Assembly (NCBI GenBank): GCA_020437395.1
Contig: JAGQWJ010000007.1
Location: 15,523-79,522 of the forward strand
Length of the DNA: 64,000 bases
DNA from: Ignavibacteriota bacterium
GTDB lineage: Bacteria; Bacteroidota; Ignavibacteria; Kapaibacteriales; UBA2268
Direction: 5' to 3'
In this document: in pieces, positions 42,954-53,700 of the stretch
Numbering within the stretch: the stretch's first letter is position 1
Layout: each line of letters begins with the position of its first letter
Position numbers and translations under genes: made by a program
The notes under the pieces: model-generated
What the model saw: the letters and a program-made list of their open reading frames with translations, nothing else
Database searches by the model: none
Told to the model about the DNA's origin: nothing

Positions 42954-44633
42954 TTAGTGTATTCCATGCATCCATTTTTTAAGAGTTGGCACTAAGGTAA
43001 ATAGTAGCATAGCAGCGACACCGACAACTACTACCCCCCACAAAAGATACGTATCAGAATATATAGTTAAAGTTTCTAAAATAGGTGCTGCATCACCGTT
43101 TCCGCCATGGTCAACAGCGGTCAATTCTCCAATGAGACCAGCCATTTTATTCGCCAATGCAATAGATAAGAACCACGCACCCATCACAAAACCAACAGCT
43201 TTTTTAGGCGATAGCTTTGTAATCATCGATAAACCAACGGGTGATAAACTAAGTTCCCCAGTAGTGTGGAATAAATATGTAAGTACAATGAATATAACTG
43301 GTACTAATCCTTCTGATGAGAAGAATTTCGCTCCAATAACTAAAACGCCGAAACCAAGTGCTAACTGTGAAAGTCCCAGTACGAATTTCATTGGTGTCGA
43401 TGGTTCTTTGCCCTTGTTTCTAAGTTTTATCCACATAATCGAAAATACTGGTGCTAATACCATTATGAAAAATGCGTTCAAAAACTGGAATATAGACGCA
43501 GGCACTTCAGACCCAGCAATTACTCTATCTATATTTCTTGCAGTGAACAAAGTGAGTGATCCACCTGCTTGTTCGAACAATGCCCAAAACATGGAATGGA
43601 AAAGGAAAAGAACAACTACTACTTTCAAGCGTTGTCTTTTCTCTACTGTGTCTTCTCTTTGTGCCATTATGAAAAGGTAACATAAGACTCCTAAACTCAT
43701 AATAACTAAAATCCAAGTCAAGATATCACTTAATTTAAGAAATTGTGCACTTATTGGTATAAATATTAATGTTGCAATGTAAGTTAATAGCTGGTTTCTC
43801 CTTAATTTGGAGTCCATAAACTTTGTGAAATTTTTTGCTTCTTTTTGTCTAGCTAATTCGCGTACTTCTTTCGGACCGCTGAGCAAAGCTATATCTTCTT
43901 GTTCATTAATCTCAGGAAAATCTTCCATTGAACTTGGGTTTATCCCTTTTTTACCCAGATATTTATCTCCTGCAAACCAAAATACAATCAACCCTAACAT
44001 CATTCCAATTCCAGCAAGACCAAAACCATAGTGCCAACTTATTTGCTCACCAATATAGCCACATGTTACTGTTGAAAGTAAAGCTCCAATATTCACACCC
44101 ATATAGAATATAGTGAATGCTCCATCTTTTCTACTATCGTCAGCACCGTAATAATTACCTAACAGCGAGGAAATGTTCGGTTTGAAAAACCCATTACCGA
44201 TGATAATAAACGCTAATGACAAAAAGAATAGCTGCATATTACCAGCAAAGTACATACCTTCTAATGCTAAAGCGAAGTGACCAGCCATCATCAGAATTCC
44301 ACCGAATATAATCGCTTTTCTGAATCCTAATATTTTATCGGCAATTATACCGCCTATTACAGGAAATAGATATACCATAGCAGTATAGGAGCCGTAGATA
44401 CCTAATGCGGTGCTGTCTGCATCTGCACTTCCCATCTCTGCAAACAATACTTTTACCATATACAAGATAAGTAGTGTACGCATACCGTAGTAACTGAATC
44501 GTTCCCACATTTCAGCAAAGAACAATATAAAAAGGGCTCTTGGGTGTAGCTTTCTGTTGTTATATATGATAATAGGTACCCATACGAGTACGAATAACCA
44601 AGCTACAATAAGTATTATTAAACCTAAATCCAT
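42954..44633 (-). CDS. POT/PTR2-family proton-dependent oligopeptide transporter (559 aa)
   Basis: EMWERFSYYGMRTLLILYM signature and FYMGVNIGALL. MFS with 14 TM. Confidence 0.9.
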   Translation of the reverse strand: MDLGLIILIVAWLFVLVWVPIIIYNNRKLHPRALFILFFAEMWERFSYYGMRTLLILYMVKVLFAEMGSADADSTALGIYGSYTAMVYLFPVIGGIIADKILGFRKAIIFGGILMMAGHFALALEGMYFAGNMQLFFLSLAFIIIGNGFFKPNISSLLGNYYGADDSRKDGAFTIFYMGVNIGALLSTVTCGYIGEQISWHYGFGLAGIGMMLGLIVFWFAGDKYLGKKGINPSSMEDFPEINEQEDIALLSGPKEVRELARQKEAKNFTKFMDSKLRRNQLLTYIATLIFIPISAQFLKLSDILTWILVIMSLGVLCYLFIMAQREDTVEKRQRLKVVVVLFLFHSMFWALFEQAGGSLTLFTARNIDRVIAGSEVPASIFQFLNAFFIMVLAPVFSIMWIKLRNKGKEPSTPMKFVLGLSQLALGFGVLVIGAKFFSSEGLVPVIFIVLTYLFHTTGELSLSPVGLSMITKLSPKKAVGFVMGAWFLSIALANKMAGLIGELTAVDHGGNGDAAPILETLTIYSDTYLLWGVVVVGVAAMLLFTLVPTLKKWMHGIH

Positions 44634-44665
44634 ATTAACTCATTTTAAGTTTGACTTCTTTTTTT

Positions 44666-46060
44666 TTAGATACTATCATCTGCTATTTCAAAACCTTCTT
44701 GCTCTGGAGTGACATTTTCAGCCTTGTCTTCAGCGCCATGTGTTAATCTCTTTAGTGGTTTTAATAGAGCTATTACAAGTAAACCAATAATAGAACAAAA
44801 GATAGCGATGCCAGTGAATATTTCTAATTCACCTGCTGATTGCGACCACTCACCTACCATACCAGCTACTTTATTACCTACTCCAGTTGCAGCAAAATAT
44901 GCTCCCATCATTATAGATGCATATTTCAATGGTGCGAGTTTTGTTATAAATGAAAGTGCTACTGGTGAAGCACAAAGTTCACCTATTGTGTGAAATAGAT
45001 ATGCCAGAACTAGCCAATACATTGCAGAAGAACCATTAGCTTCAAATTCTAATGAAGCTGCAGACATAAATAAGAAACCTAATCCCATAATTATTATACC
45101 GATAGCCATTTTGAATAATGAAGATGACTCTTTGTTTTTTCGTTTCCAATTGTACCAAAAACTTGCAATTGGAACACCTAATATAATAATGAATAGTGCG
45201 TTTACTGATTGGAACCATGAGGCAGGAACTGCATCTAGCCCAAGTATAGGAATAGTAAACCCAAGGCTTAAATCTGTTTTCTCAGCAGTATAGATGTTCA
45301 TAAGACCACCTGCTTGTTCGAAGGCACCCCAAAAAACAATAATTAATACAAAAGAGATTAACATTACTTTTACTCTATCAATCTCAATATTAGTTAATGG
45401 TTTTTTCTTTGCTTCTATCTCTGCAGGGGTTAAATCTTTTGTTGCTTCCCCAACTCCCTTTAAATATTTTTGACCAGACATAAAGACTGCTTGACCTAAC
45501 AACATACCTATACCAGCTAAACCAAATCCGTAGTGCCACCCTATTGTCTCACCAACGTATCCTACTATCAGTGCAGACAAAAATGCACCTAAGTTTATAC
45601 CTATATAAAATATTGTAAATCCTTTGTCACGTCTGTCGTCTCCCTGCTCATATAGTCCGCCGACCATTGTTGAAATATTTGGCTTTAGCCCGCCAACGCC
45701 TAGGATAATTAATCCAAGTCCTGCAAAGAAAGCCCAAAGAGCTTCGACGGCCAGAATACCGTGTCCAAAACAAAGAAGAATACCTCCGATCAATACGGTT
45801 CTTTTCTGTCCCCAAAATTTATCAGCAACCCATCCACCGGCTATAGACATAATATAGACTAACGCTGTGTACCAACCATATAAATGTAAGGCATCTGTTT
45901 TCTCCCATCCAAATCCAGGATTATCTCCAGTTACTGTACTGATGAGAAACAAAACTAAAATTGCTCTCATTCCATAGTAACTAAACCTTTCCCACATCTC
46001 TGTAAAAAACAGAATATATAATCCTTTAGGGTGTCCCCAGAGTTCTTCTCTTTTTTCCAT
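44666..46060 (-). CDS. POT/PTR2-family proton-dependent oligopeptide transporter (464 aa)
   Basis: EMWERFSYYGMRAILVLFL signature and FYIGINLGAFL. Tandem paralog of the previous gene. Confidence 0.9.
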   Translation of the reverse strand: MEKREELWGHPKGLYILFFTEMWERFSYYGMRAILVLFLISTVTGDNPGFGWEKTDALHLYGWYTALVYIMSIAGGWVADKFWGQKRTVLIGGILLCFGHGILAVEALWAFFAGLGLIILGVGGLKPNISTMVGGLYEQGDDRRDKGFTIFYIGINLGAFLSALIVGYVGETIGWHYGFGLAGIGMLLGQAVFMSGQKYLKGVGEATKDLTPAEIEAKKKPLTNIEIDRVKVMLISFVLIIVFWGAFEQAGGLMNIYTAEKTDLSLGFTIPILGLDAVPASWFQSVNALFIIILGVPIASFWYNWKRKNKESSSLFKMAIGIIIMGLGFLFMSAASLEFEANGSSAMYWLVLAYLFHTIGELCASPVALSFITKLAPLKYASIMMGAYFAATGVGNKVAGMVGEWSQSAGELEIFTGIAIFCSIIGLLVIALLKPLKRLTHGAEDKAENVTPEQEGFEIADDSI

Positions 46061-46207
46061 ACTTTATTTCCTTGTTTCCGTTTTTGATATTTATCCAAAC
46101 AAAAAAAATAAAACCAAGCTTTTGTTCAATATATTTTCTTAGTCTTCATTTTTTGAAGCGATAATATATGAAATTATTATCATTTCATAAGATTTATTGA
46201 AAAGATT

Positions 46208-48145
46208 TTATTTATCTATTCTTACAACTATTGCTCTATTAAGCATTCTTCCGTAAGGATGTTCGTTAGAGAAAAGGTATTCCTTAGGATAAACAACATT
46301 AAGATTTTTACTTTCTTTGCCAATTAGATTAATGACTGCTTTTGCTCTTCTTTCTGCCAAAGCTCTGTTGTATTCTTCATTACCCAAATCGTCTGTTGAG
46401 GCATAGATTGTTACTCTTCGGTTTTGCTCTATTGCCTGTTTAACTAATTTGAGTACATCGCTATCGATTGATTCTAAGCTAGATTTGTCAAATTCAGTAT
46501 ATGCTAATATATGTTGCTCCGTGACTTTTGATCCGTTGCTAACTGTGTTTATTGTTTGATTGACGTTCTTGATTGTGGGTTTCAAGTTAAAAGATACATT
46601 GTCTGAGGAATAAATACCTGCAACGTCAGCACTTGCAATATATTCAACTTTTAAGGTTTCATTCTTCTCGAAATGTGTGGTGTAGTTCTTATCAATTGTA
46701 AAACTGAAATCCTGGTTTTCTGTATTCTTAACATCATCATTAATGTATAAATTCATTTCTTGATAGTACTCATCCTTCGATGAGTTGATAGTAGTCTTAG
46801 GAGTAAATGTCATATTATTAAAATCTATTCTACTATTTATTTCATAGATACTTTTAATCAATTCCGAATTATCAGAGAGTGCAAACTCAACTTTTCTGTA
46901 TTCTTCCTTCAACTCACTATATTTGTATTCCCTGTCAATTTTGACAATTTTAGTTTTTACTCTTGATAAATCAACTCCCTCATCTTTCAGTCTTTGTTGT
47001 ATATTATACAATCTTTCTTCGGGCATATTCTTAGGTTCATCTCCCAAATCATAAGTAGAAAGAGTAAGAGTCAAAGTCTTGTCTTCTTTCATTTTTCTAG
47101 CAATTGAGTTGATCATTTCTGTTTGAACATCGAAATCAGAGTTTGTAAAACTCTCGATGTTATATTTCTTATAGTTATAATCGGCACTGTCGAAAAAGAC
47201 TACTGGCTTTAGAGCATATTCTTGTTTAGTCTCATATATAGTTAAAGGTACACTTATTGTCGAGCCGTCAGTAACCTCTAATCCATTGTAATCTATTAGT
47301 CTTAGATTCACATTTATATAAGGAGGAGCAGGAGTGATTGGTTCTTCTACTATTTCTATTTCCTTTGGTTCGGGTTGTGGTGGCGGAGCAGGGGCTTTCG
47401 GCTCTGGAGTAGTAATGTTATATACGAATGATAGTGAGCCTGAAAGCTGCGAAACAAATAGGTCTTTACCATCTAAAACACTTCCAGGAAAATAATTGAA
47501 TTTGGCTTCAGGTCTTATAGTCCAATCATCGAAATTAAATATATCATACCTAATACCAGCAAAAACCGATAAAAGTAATGAATTCATTTCATTTATTTTT
47601 CCCTTACCTGTGTTTATCTCGCGACTACCATTGCTGAACGTAAAGTTATTCGGACTTAGAGCCAATTCATTTTGAGTATAATCGGAGGTCATAACTAAGC
47701 CAATATCAGCACCTAATCCGACCGAGAAGCCACTCAGCAACTCGGTATAAACAGAGTTACTTATTGAAAAGAGTTTGATTGTTGGATTAAGTTGATGTTC
47801 TACCATTACTGGTTGTTTATCAAATTCATTTATTATATATCCTCTGAATCTTTCTTCAGTGTATTCGCTACTTAGTCCATTATAATTCAACTGTAGCACG
47901 TAGCTCGATGGCATATCGAATAATAAATTGCCAATTGCTAACTCCATACCAAAACCGAAAGTTGGATCTAGGAAATTCCCACCAGTAAAACCATCACAGC
48001 AATTTTCTGTACCTGAAAACCCTTTGATATCAGTTGTGTGCATATTATAGTTAAGACCAGCGTTGAAGAAATACTTTGTTCCAGTTCTTTCACCTGCAAT
48101 TAATAAGCTACTACATATTATAAAAACTATTGATATATACTTCAT
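46208..48145 (-). CDS. OmpA-family outer membrane protein (N-terminal barrel, Pro-rich linker, C-terminal OmpA domain)
   Basis: Signal peptide, a PEPKAPAPPPQPEPK linker and a C-terminal STDDLGNEEYNRALAERRAKAV OmpA_C motif. Confidence 0.8.
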   Translation of the reverse strand: MKYISIVFIICSSLLIAGERTGTKYFFNAGLNYNMHTTDIKGFSGTENCCDGFTGGNFLDPTFGFGMELAIGNLLFDMPSSYVLQLNYNGLSSEYTEERFRGYIINEFDKQPVMVEHQLNPTIKLFSISNSVYTELLSGFSVGLGADIGLVMTSDYTQNELALSPNNFTFSNGSREINTGKGKINEMNSLLLSVFAGIRYDIFNFDDWTIRPEAKFNYFPGSVLDGKDLFVSQLSGSLSFVYNITTPEPKAPAPPPQPEPKEIEIVEEPITPAPPYINVNLRLIDYNGLEVTDGSTISVPLTIYETKQEYALKPVVFFDSADYNYKKYNIESFTNSDFDVQTEMINSIARKMKEDKTLTLTLSTYDLGDEPKNMPEERLYNIQQRLKDEGVDLSRVKTKIVKIDREYKYSELKEEYRKVEFALSDNSELIKSIYEINSRIDFNNMTFTPKTTINSSKDEYYQEMNLYINDDVKNTENQDFSFTIDKNYTTHFEKNETLKVEYIASADVAGIYSSDNVSFNLKPTIKNVNQTINTVSNGSKVTEQHILAYTEFDKSSLESIDSDVLKLVKQAIEQNRRVTIYASTDDLGNEEYNRALAERRAKAVINLIGKESKNLNVVYPKEYLFSNEHPYGRMLNRAIVVRIDK

Positions 48146-48146
48146 A

Positions 48147-51100
48147 TTACTTGACTATCACTAGGGTTTTGGAACTAATAATTTTATTTTTCTTCAATAC
48201 AAGGTGGTACGCACCAGATAAGAATCCACTTGAATCAAATTGAACAATATTTTCACCTTTTTGCAATTTGACTTTTTCTTTGTGTAGCTCTTCACCTCTC
48301 TGATCAAGTACTAATAGCTCATATTCGTTATCCTCATTAGAATATATCTGTATATTAGATGTACTATTCACAGGGTTCGGAGCTATTGTTTGAATTTCAG
48401 TATCTGTGTGTATTATCGATTGGTCATTGCAAGTAAGTAACAGTGTAAACAATCCTGAATTTTCGGAGTTAGAAGTACTTGCACCCCAAAAAACTGATTT
48501 TTCTGAATCAAATAACATTGTAGATGTATTTTTTTCACTAAGCCCAGGATAACCAACAATTTTTGCTAATGTCCCTTCTTTCGGGAAATCTCCGTTGACT
48601 GTAAGCCGCATCAATCTTTTCCCATTTTCAATACCAATATTCTCGATAGTAGCATCGCCATAATCAGAAACAGCATATTCAGGTATAAATATCTTAGGAT
48701 CAATAGTAACTATTGCTTCAAACTTTCTAATACCTTTATAACTCGCATTTTCTAAATTTGTAAAGCTAATGGATATGGAAGTAGTATCTAATGGATTGGC
48801 TTCCGTATCATTTATAACTAACTCTGATTCTGCTTTATAGTCTAGCAAATTAACTAATCTTTGAGTTAAACACGGCACAGCTTCTAATTCCAAAGTCGCC
48901 GATACATTTTCTTCAGTACCTATCCATTCTATTTCAATCTCTTTTGTTTCTCCAGGCATAATGGTAATAGGTGTGCTGCTATTAATTCTGAAGTCTATTG
49001 CTGGATTTAGAATTAGGTTACTTATTTCAACCGCATCTACGCCAATATTCTTAATTGTCAATTTTCTGACCCTCTGTTCATTAATGAATGGCATTGTAGT
49101 ATGGCTCATCTCTACGTAAGTACCTATTCCTTTGACAAATAGCTTAGCAACCGCTTTGTATTTCTCCTGGTCGCTATGCAAAACGGAAAAATCTGAGCTA
49201 ATGTCGCCAACAATATTCGGTACTACTCTCACGGTAGCAGTTACAAATTCACCTGGTGCTAAAATGGTATCTTGTTTATAATTCTCGAATGAAAATATAT
49301 TCGAACTATCTGCTTGAAACTTATTGAATTTCAGTGGAACAGGGTCTGCATTAGTAAATATTTTATCTGTTATGTAGCTGGTATCCTGAATACAAACTTC
49401 GCCGAAATCTATTATATTACTATTGAAAACAATATTTCTGTTTAATCCATTTCCAGTAACATAAACTGGATAATCGACACTGCAAGATGACAGTATTAGA
49501 GAGTCAGATACTATGCTGGTATCTTTTGGATTAAAGATAACTGAAATATTTATACATTCATTCGGCAGTAAAGTATCGGGTAAATCAAAATTATCAACTG
49601 AAAAATGAACTTGATATTTGAATCTTGCATCGTCAATAAACAATGGCACTTCTCCTTTGTTGCAAAACTCAACGTCAAAAGTTTCTTTCCTGCTGTTGAA
49701 TATATACTCGTCACCAAAAACGAAAGGCTCTTTTTCAACAATTGGGTTGATTATTCTAAAAGACTCATCAGACACATCGGTCTCAGGGAACGTAAAGTAA
49801 TATTGTTTCATTTTAAAACTACCATTACCTACACTAGAAACAATGAAAGCGTTGTTTTCAGATGAGTAAGACAAATCGTACATAGCGTCCTGAAAAGTCT
49901 CAATTATACCAGATTGAAGCCCTTTCACTAAGTCATAAATATTAATTTGATTCTGGTACTGATAAGCAAATATCGCCATGTTACCAGTAGGGCTAAAACC
50001 AATTTCTACAGGATCAGAACCGCTAATATTTACCGAAGTAATTATATTTTTAGTTTCTAAATCCCAAATCATGGAATTGGTTCTCCCTTCATTAGCGCGT
50101 GCAACTGAGCTTAGACCAACTAATTTACCATTTGGAGAAATATTTATTTTTTCGATAACTGGAGTTCTATAAAATTCGATACTGTCTTTTGTTTGAAAAT
50201 CAGTTGTTGAAACAACGAGAACTTTTCCGTCCAAATTGCTCACAGCCATAAGATTAGTGTCGTTCGCAATTCCAACATCTGTGATAGGTTGCTGGTAAAT
50301 AACTTCTTTCTTAAGTTGAAGGGTTTGGCTGTCGTAAACCCTAAAATAATTCCCAAAGCGAGGAACTAGGATAAACTCATTCTTATTTTTTAAAGTGTAA
50401 ATCTCTTTGGGATTGAAGTCTGAGACACTAATTTTCTCGATTGCCGTTGTGTTACCTACTTGGAATATGGCCAATGTATCAAAATTTCCCACCGAATAGA
50501 TAGCTGCAAACCTATCATCAGAAATATATTTGGCTGAAAGAGGCAATTGATCATTGTTTCTCGAATTTAACTTGTAGTCAATTTTCGAATTATCTAATTT
50601 GACCAAATCCCACTCGGAGATTGTTCCAACTATAAATGATATAGCTTTCGTAGAGTTGAAGTTATAGTCAACGGAATATACGCTACTCCCAACAGGGAAA
50701 ATATGTGGTGCACGTTTCGTAAAATCTTGACTAATTCTAACTCTTGCATTCTCAGAAGTTTTTTTAGAAGGAATTTTCCAATCTAAAGTGTCCGCAATAA
50801 TTGAATCAATCTTTTCCCACGTCTCACCGTTGTCATAGCTTAGGTCAACACGAGTGTGAATATTTTTTACATTACCCTCCCAAGCAATGATAGTATCTTG
50901 ACAAGGAGTAAATGTTTCGCCACCATTTGGAAAATTCAATTTCAAATTGGTCTTCGCTTCTATTTTCTTTTTGTTTCCTTGAACACGTAAGTAAGCCACA
51001 GCTCCGCGGTTGTAGAAAACCTTTATAATTGCCGATTGCGCTCCTTCTTCGTAAGGTGCGAATCTTACTAATATTTGGTTTGAAGTGAACAGAATACTAG

Positions 51101-51689
51101 TTGGTGGTGGATTTGAATTGAATTGATTTCCTCGCCATTCCACTAAGAAATTATCATTTGATATATTAATTGAATCAACTCTGATGGGAATTATCTGCTT
51201 CTTTTCGGTCATTAGATTGTAAAAATAATCGCAATTGATGGATCTTAATGAAGTGTCACCAATTGCAGTAGGAACGAATTGCAAATCAAATATCCGTTCA
51301 CTATTAGAATTCTTGAATACAAAGGTGCCAATTTTATCTTCCAAACCATCAATGAATAATGGAAAGAATGCCGATTCCTTCTCGTGAGTAAATATAAAAT
51401 TGGTAGTATAAGATTTTTCGTCAATTACATTGTGGTCTGGTATCCATTCTATTGTTTGCCAACCTTGAGCATCTGGTTGATTTACGGTGAAATCCCTATG
51501 AGTAAAAGCACCTTCGGAAAACAAAAGATTATTATTAGTTACGGGAATAGTTTGGGAATTCTCCACAACTCTAATCTCAGCTTTCAATTGCGGAAAGTTA
51601 GTTTTGTCAAGTTTCCTAAGACTTATCACAGGTTGTGAAACCACGGAAATAGGTATTAGTAATATTAAAATATAAAATAGTTTCTTCAC
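48147..51689 (-). CDS. Large secreted protein with T9SS C-terminal sorting domain (1180 aa)
   Basis: Signal peptide and a beta-propeller-like repeat region. The C-terminus is APNPVNSTSNIQIY...LDQRGEEL...GENIVQFDSSGFLSGAYHLVL...LVIVK. Confidence 0.75.
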   Translation of the reverse strand: MKKLFYILILLIPISVVSQPVISLRKLDKTNFPQLKAEIRVVENSQTIPVTNNNLLFSEGAFTHRDFTVNQPDAQGWQTIEWIPDHNVIDEKSYTTNFIFTHEKESAFFPLFIDGLEDKIGTFVFKNSNSERIFDLQFVPTAIGDTSLRSINCDYFYNLMTEKKQIIPIRVDSINISNDNFLVEWRGNQFNSNPPPTSILFTSNQILVRFAPYEEGAQSAIIKVFYNRGAVAYLRVQGNKKKIEAKTNLKLNFPNGGETFTPCQDTIIAWEGNVKNIHTRVDLSYDNGETWEKIDSIIADTLDWKIPSKKTSENARVRISQDFTKRAPHIFPVGSSVYSVDYNFNSTKAISFIVGTISEWDLVKLDNSKIDYKLNSRNNDQLPLSAKYISDDRFAAIYSVGNFDTLAIFQVGNTTAIEKISVSDFNPKEIYTLKNKNEFILVPRFGNYFRVYDSQTLQLKKEVIYQQPITDVGIANDTNLMAVSNLDGKVLVVSTTDFQTKDSIEFYRTPVIEKINISPNGKLVGLSSVARANEGRTNSMIWDLETKNIITSVNISGSDPVEIGFSPTGNMAIFAYQYQNQINIYDLVKGLQSGIIETFQDAMYDLSYSSENNAFIVSSVGNGSFKMKQYYFTFPETDVSDESFRIINPIVEKEPFVFGDEYIFNSRKETFDVEFCNKGEVPLFIDDARFKYQVHFSVDNFDLPDTLLPNECINISVIFNPKDTSIVSDSLILSSCSVDYPVYVTGNGLNRNIVFNSNIIDFGEVCIQDTSYITDKIFTNADPVPLKFNKFQADSSNIFSFENYKQDTILAPGEFVTATVRVVPNIVGDISSDFSVLHSDQEKYKAVAKLFVKGIGTYVEMSHTTMPFINEQRVRKLTIKNIGVDAVEISNLILNPAIDFRINSSTPITIMPGETKEIEIEWIGTEENVSATLELEAVPCLTQRLVNLLDYKAESELVINDTEANPLDTTSISISFTNLENASYKGIRKFEAIVTIDPKIFIPEYAVSDYGDATIENIGIENGKRLMRLTVNGDFPKEGTLAKIVGYPGLSEKNTSTMLFDSEKSVFWGASTSNSENSGLFTLLLTCNDQSIIHTDTEIQTIAPNPVNSTSNIQIYSNEDNEYELLVLDQRGEELHKEKVKLQKGENIVQFDSSGFLSGAYHLVLKKNKIISSKTLVIVK

Positions 51690-51751
51690 AAAGTCCTTTG
51701 AAAATTTTGCATTAAGACGTTTTCAAAAATAAAATAGTTACAAATATAAAT

Positions 51752-51788
51752 AAAAAGAACGCTTACTAATATTATAAGCGTTCTTTTT
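51752..51788 (-). terminator. Bidirectional hairpin terminator
   Basis: AAAAAGAACGCTTA-ctaatatta-TAAGCGTTCTTTTT. Confidence 0.8.
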
Positions 51789-51822
51789 AGTTGTTTTACA
51801 CTGTATTAGTAAGTGTTATTTT

Positions 51823-52884
51823 TTATGTTCCAATACTATAAAATTTATCTCTAATCAAGTATGTAATATTATTGATATAATTTAAATTAGGTTTATCAGG
51901 TAATGTAGAGTTCTTAAAAGCTATTTCCATTTCTGATTTTTTCTCATTTGCCATTTCAATTAGCTTATTATATTCATATTTACCAGCTTTTATATCAAGT
52001 AAGAATTGACGATTAGGTCGTTTTACGTTTACTTTCCCTTCTTTGCCTATTTCAATAGCCATTTCTAAAAGTCTAAATACATGCATCATATTCTTAGCGT
52101 CATACTTTTTCCCATGACTTTCAGTGCTTATGTACCTATCCTCATTTCTGTTTTTAACCCAATCCCAATATTCACGATACTCTTTGCAATAGATTGAATA
52201 CCCATTTCTGTTAAAATACAACAATGATTCTTGCTTCAAACTTTTTGGTATAGAACTTAAACAAACATCATTAGAATCAGAACTCCTCATTATACCATTG
52301 AGAAGTAGTTCATCTGAATAATACAACCCATAAACATCTTGCATATTCGGAATATTTATCAGTCCACAGTTCTCTTGTTTCCAACCTTTAATTTCAAGAA
52401 ATTTTTCTAATGGGATTGATCCGTGTTCATAGTTTACAAAACAAAATGACAATATATTCTTTCGATCTTCTGATACGGGATTTAGTATTTTCTTTTTTAA
52501 TCCCTTTGCTTTTTTAATCTGAGATAAAGCAAATTTCCCAAAAGTATTAGCACAATATTTTGAGAGTATCATTTCTGATTTGATTTCATTTAATAACGGA
52601 TGTTTATAGATCACTGCCGATTCAGGTGTATTAAGCAATTCAAGTATATTTGGATTGTTTACAGAAAGCAACTGCATAAATCTTCCAAATTCATAAAACA
52701 TGATATCATTAGATTCATTATTTACTTGAGGTATGTAGTCTAAGCCATAATATTCCTCTTTAGGTAACAAAAATACTCCTTTAATATCTGTGTCTGAACT
52801 AGGAGTATCTAGACCATAAGCTCTACTACCGCTAATACATTCTAGTATAATTAAGCCTTTATTTCTTAGATCATCTATTGTCAA
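51823..52884 (-). CDS. Pol-beta superfamily nucleotidyltransferase (COG3541 / RlaP-like), long paralog
   Basis: The NTase signature ISGSRAYGLDTPSSDTDIKG (GS-x-DxD) is followed by a helical domain. Confidence 0.7.
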   Translation of the reverse strand: MTIDDLRNKGLIILECISGSRAYGLDTPSSDTDIKGVFLLPKEEYYGLDYIPQVNNESNDIMFYEFGRFMQLLSVNNPNILELLNTPESAVIYKHPLLNEIKSEMILSKYCANTFGKFALSQIKKAKGLKKKILNPVSEDRKNILSFCFVNYEHGSIPLEKFLEIKGWKQENCGLINIPNMQDVYGLYYSDELLLNGIMRSSDSNDVCLSSIPKSLKQESLLYFNRNGYSIYCKEYREYWDWVKNRNEDRYISTESHGKKYDAKNMMHVFRLLEMAIEIGKEGKVNVKRPNRQFLLDIKAGKYEYNKLIEMANEKKSEMEIAFKNSTLPDKPNLNYINNITYLIRDKFYSIGT

Positions 52885-52887
52885 TAA

Positions 52888-53655
52888 TTATTCCAATATA
52901 TTAATGAAAAATTCATTTAAATCACTTATTTTAACTTCTGATGATGGTAATTGTTTTGATTCATTCTCAGCTCTATCAATACAACCCTTCATAAACATTA
53001 TTATTTCAGACTCACCTTTATGTAAGTAAGATTCACTACAGGTTGATTTGAATTCAATTAATTCAACCACTCTGTTTCTAATCACTGAATCGATATTCAA
53101 TTCATTTAGCATTTTCCCAAATTCGATTGGGGGCATTTCCTCCCTTTCTAAAATCCACAAACATGCAACAGAGGCTCTTAGAGCATAAAAGAATTTCTTC
53201 AATTTATATTCTTCTACATTATATATTTCGTCATAGCTCTTCTTTGCCATACTCAAATAATGGTAGATAGTAGCAATTCTCGAATATGACTTGGTAGCAA
53301 GTGCATTGAAGCTGTTCAAAAAGCTTTCATCAACTTTATATATGATTGGAGATTGTATTCGTTCTAAAAGTGGTGGATTTGACTTCCAAAGTAGTTTCAA
53401 ACATTTCCTTATATCCCAGCCGCTAATATCGATGTCATTATTCTCCAAAAAATACTCGACTGTATCTTTTTCTTCGACTAAACTTAAGTACCAATTCTTG
53501 TTATGCTTATAGATTACACGTACATCATAATCACTATCAGGTGATGGGAAACCCCAAGCCCTAGAACCTGTCTCACATGCGAGTAGGATTTCAATCCCTT
53601 TCGCTTGCTCCAATTCATTAAGGTATTTTATAATCTTTTCTTTCATAATTTTCAT
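52888..53655 (-). CDS. Pol-beta superfamily nucleotidyltransferase (COG3541 / RlaP-like), short paralog
   Basis: ETGSRAWGFPSPDSDYDVRV signature. Same family as the downstream gene. Confidence 0.7.
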   Translation of the reverse strand: MKIMKEKIIKYLNELEQAKGIEILLACETGSRAWGFPSPDSDYDVRVIYKHNKNWYLSLVEEKDTVEYFLENNDIDISGWDIRKCLKLLWKSNPPLLERIQSPIIYKVDESFLNSFNALATKSYSRIATIYHYLSMAKKSYDEIYNVEEYKLKKFFYALRASVACLWILEREEMPPIEFGKMLNELNIDSVIRNRVVELIEFKSTCSESYLHKGESEIIMFMKGCIDRAENESKQLPSSEVKISDLNEFFINILE

Positions 53656-53700
53656 TTTAAAAAATTTAATTCCATCTTCTATTCCATTTAAAAGCTAAAT

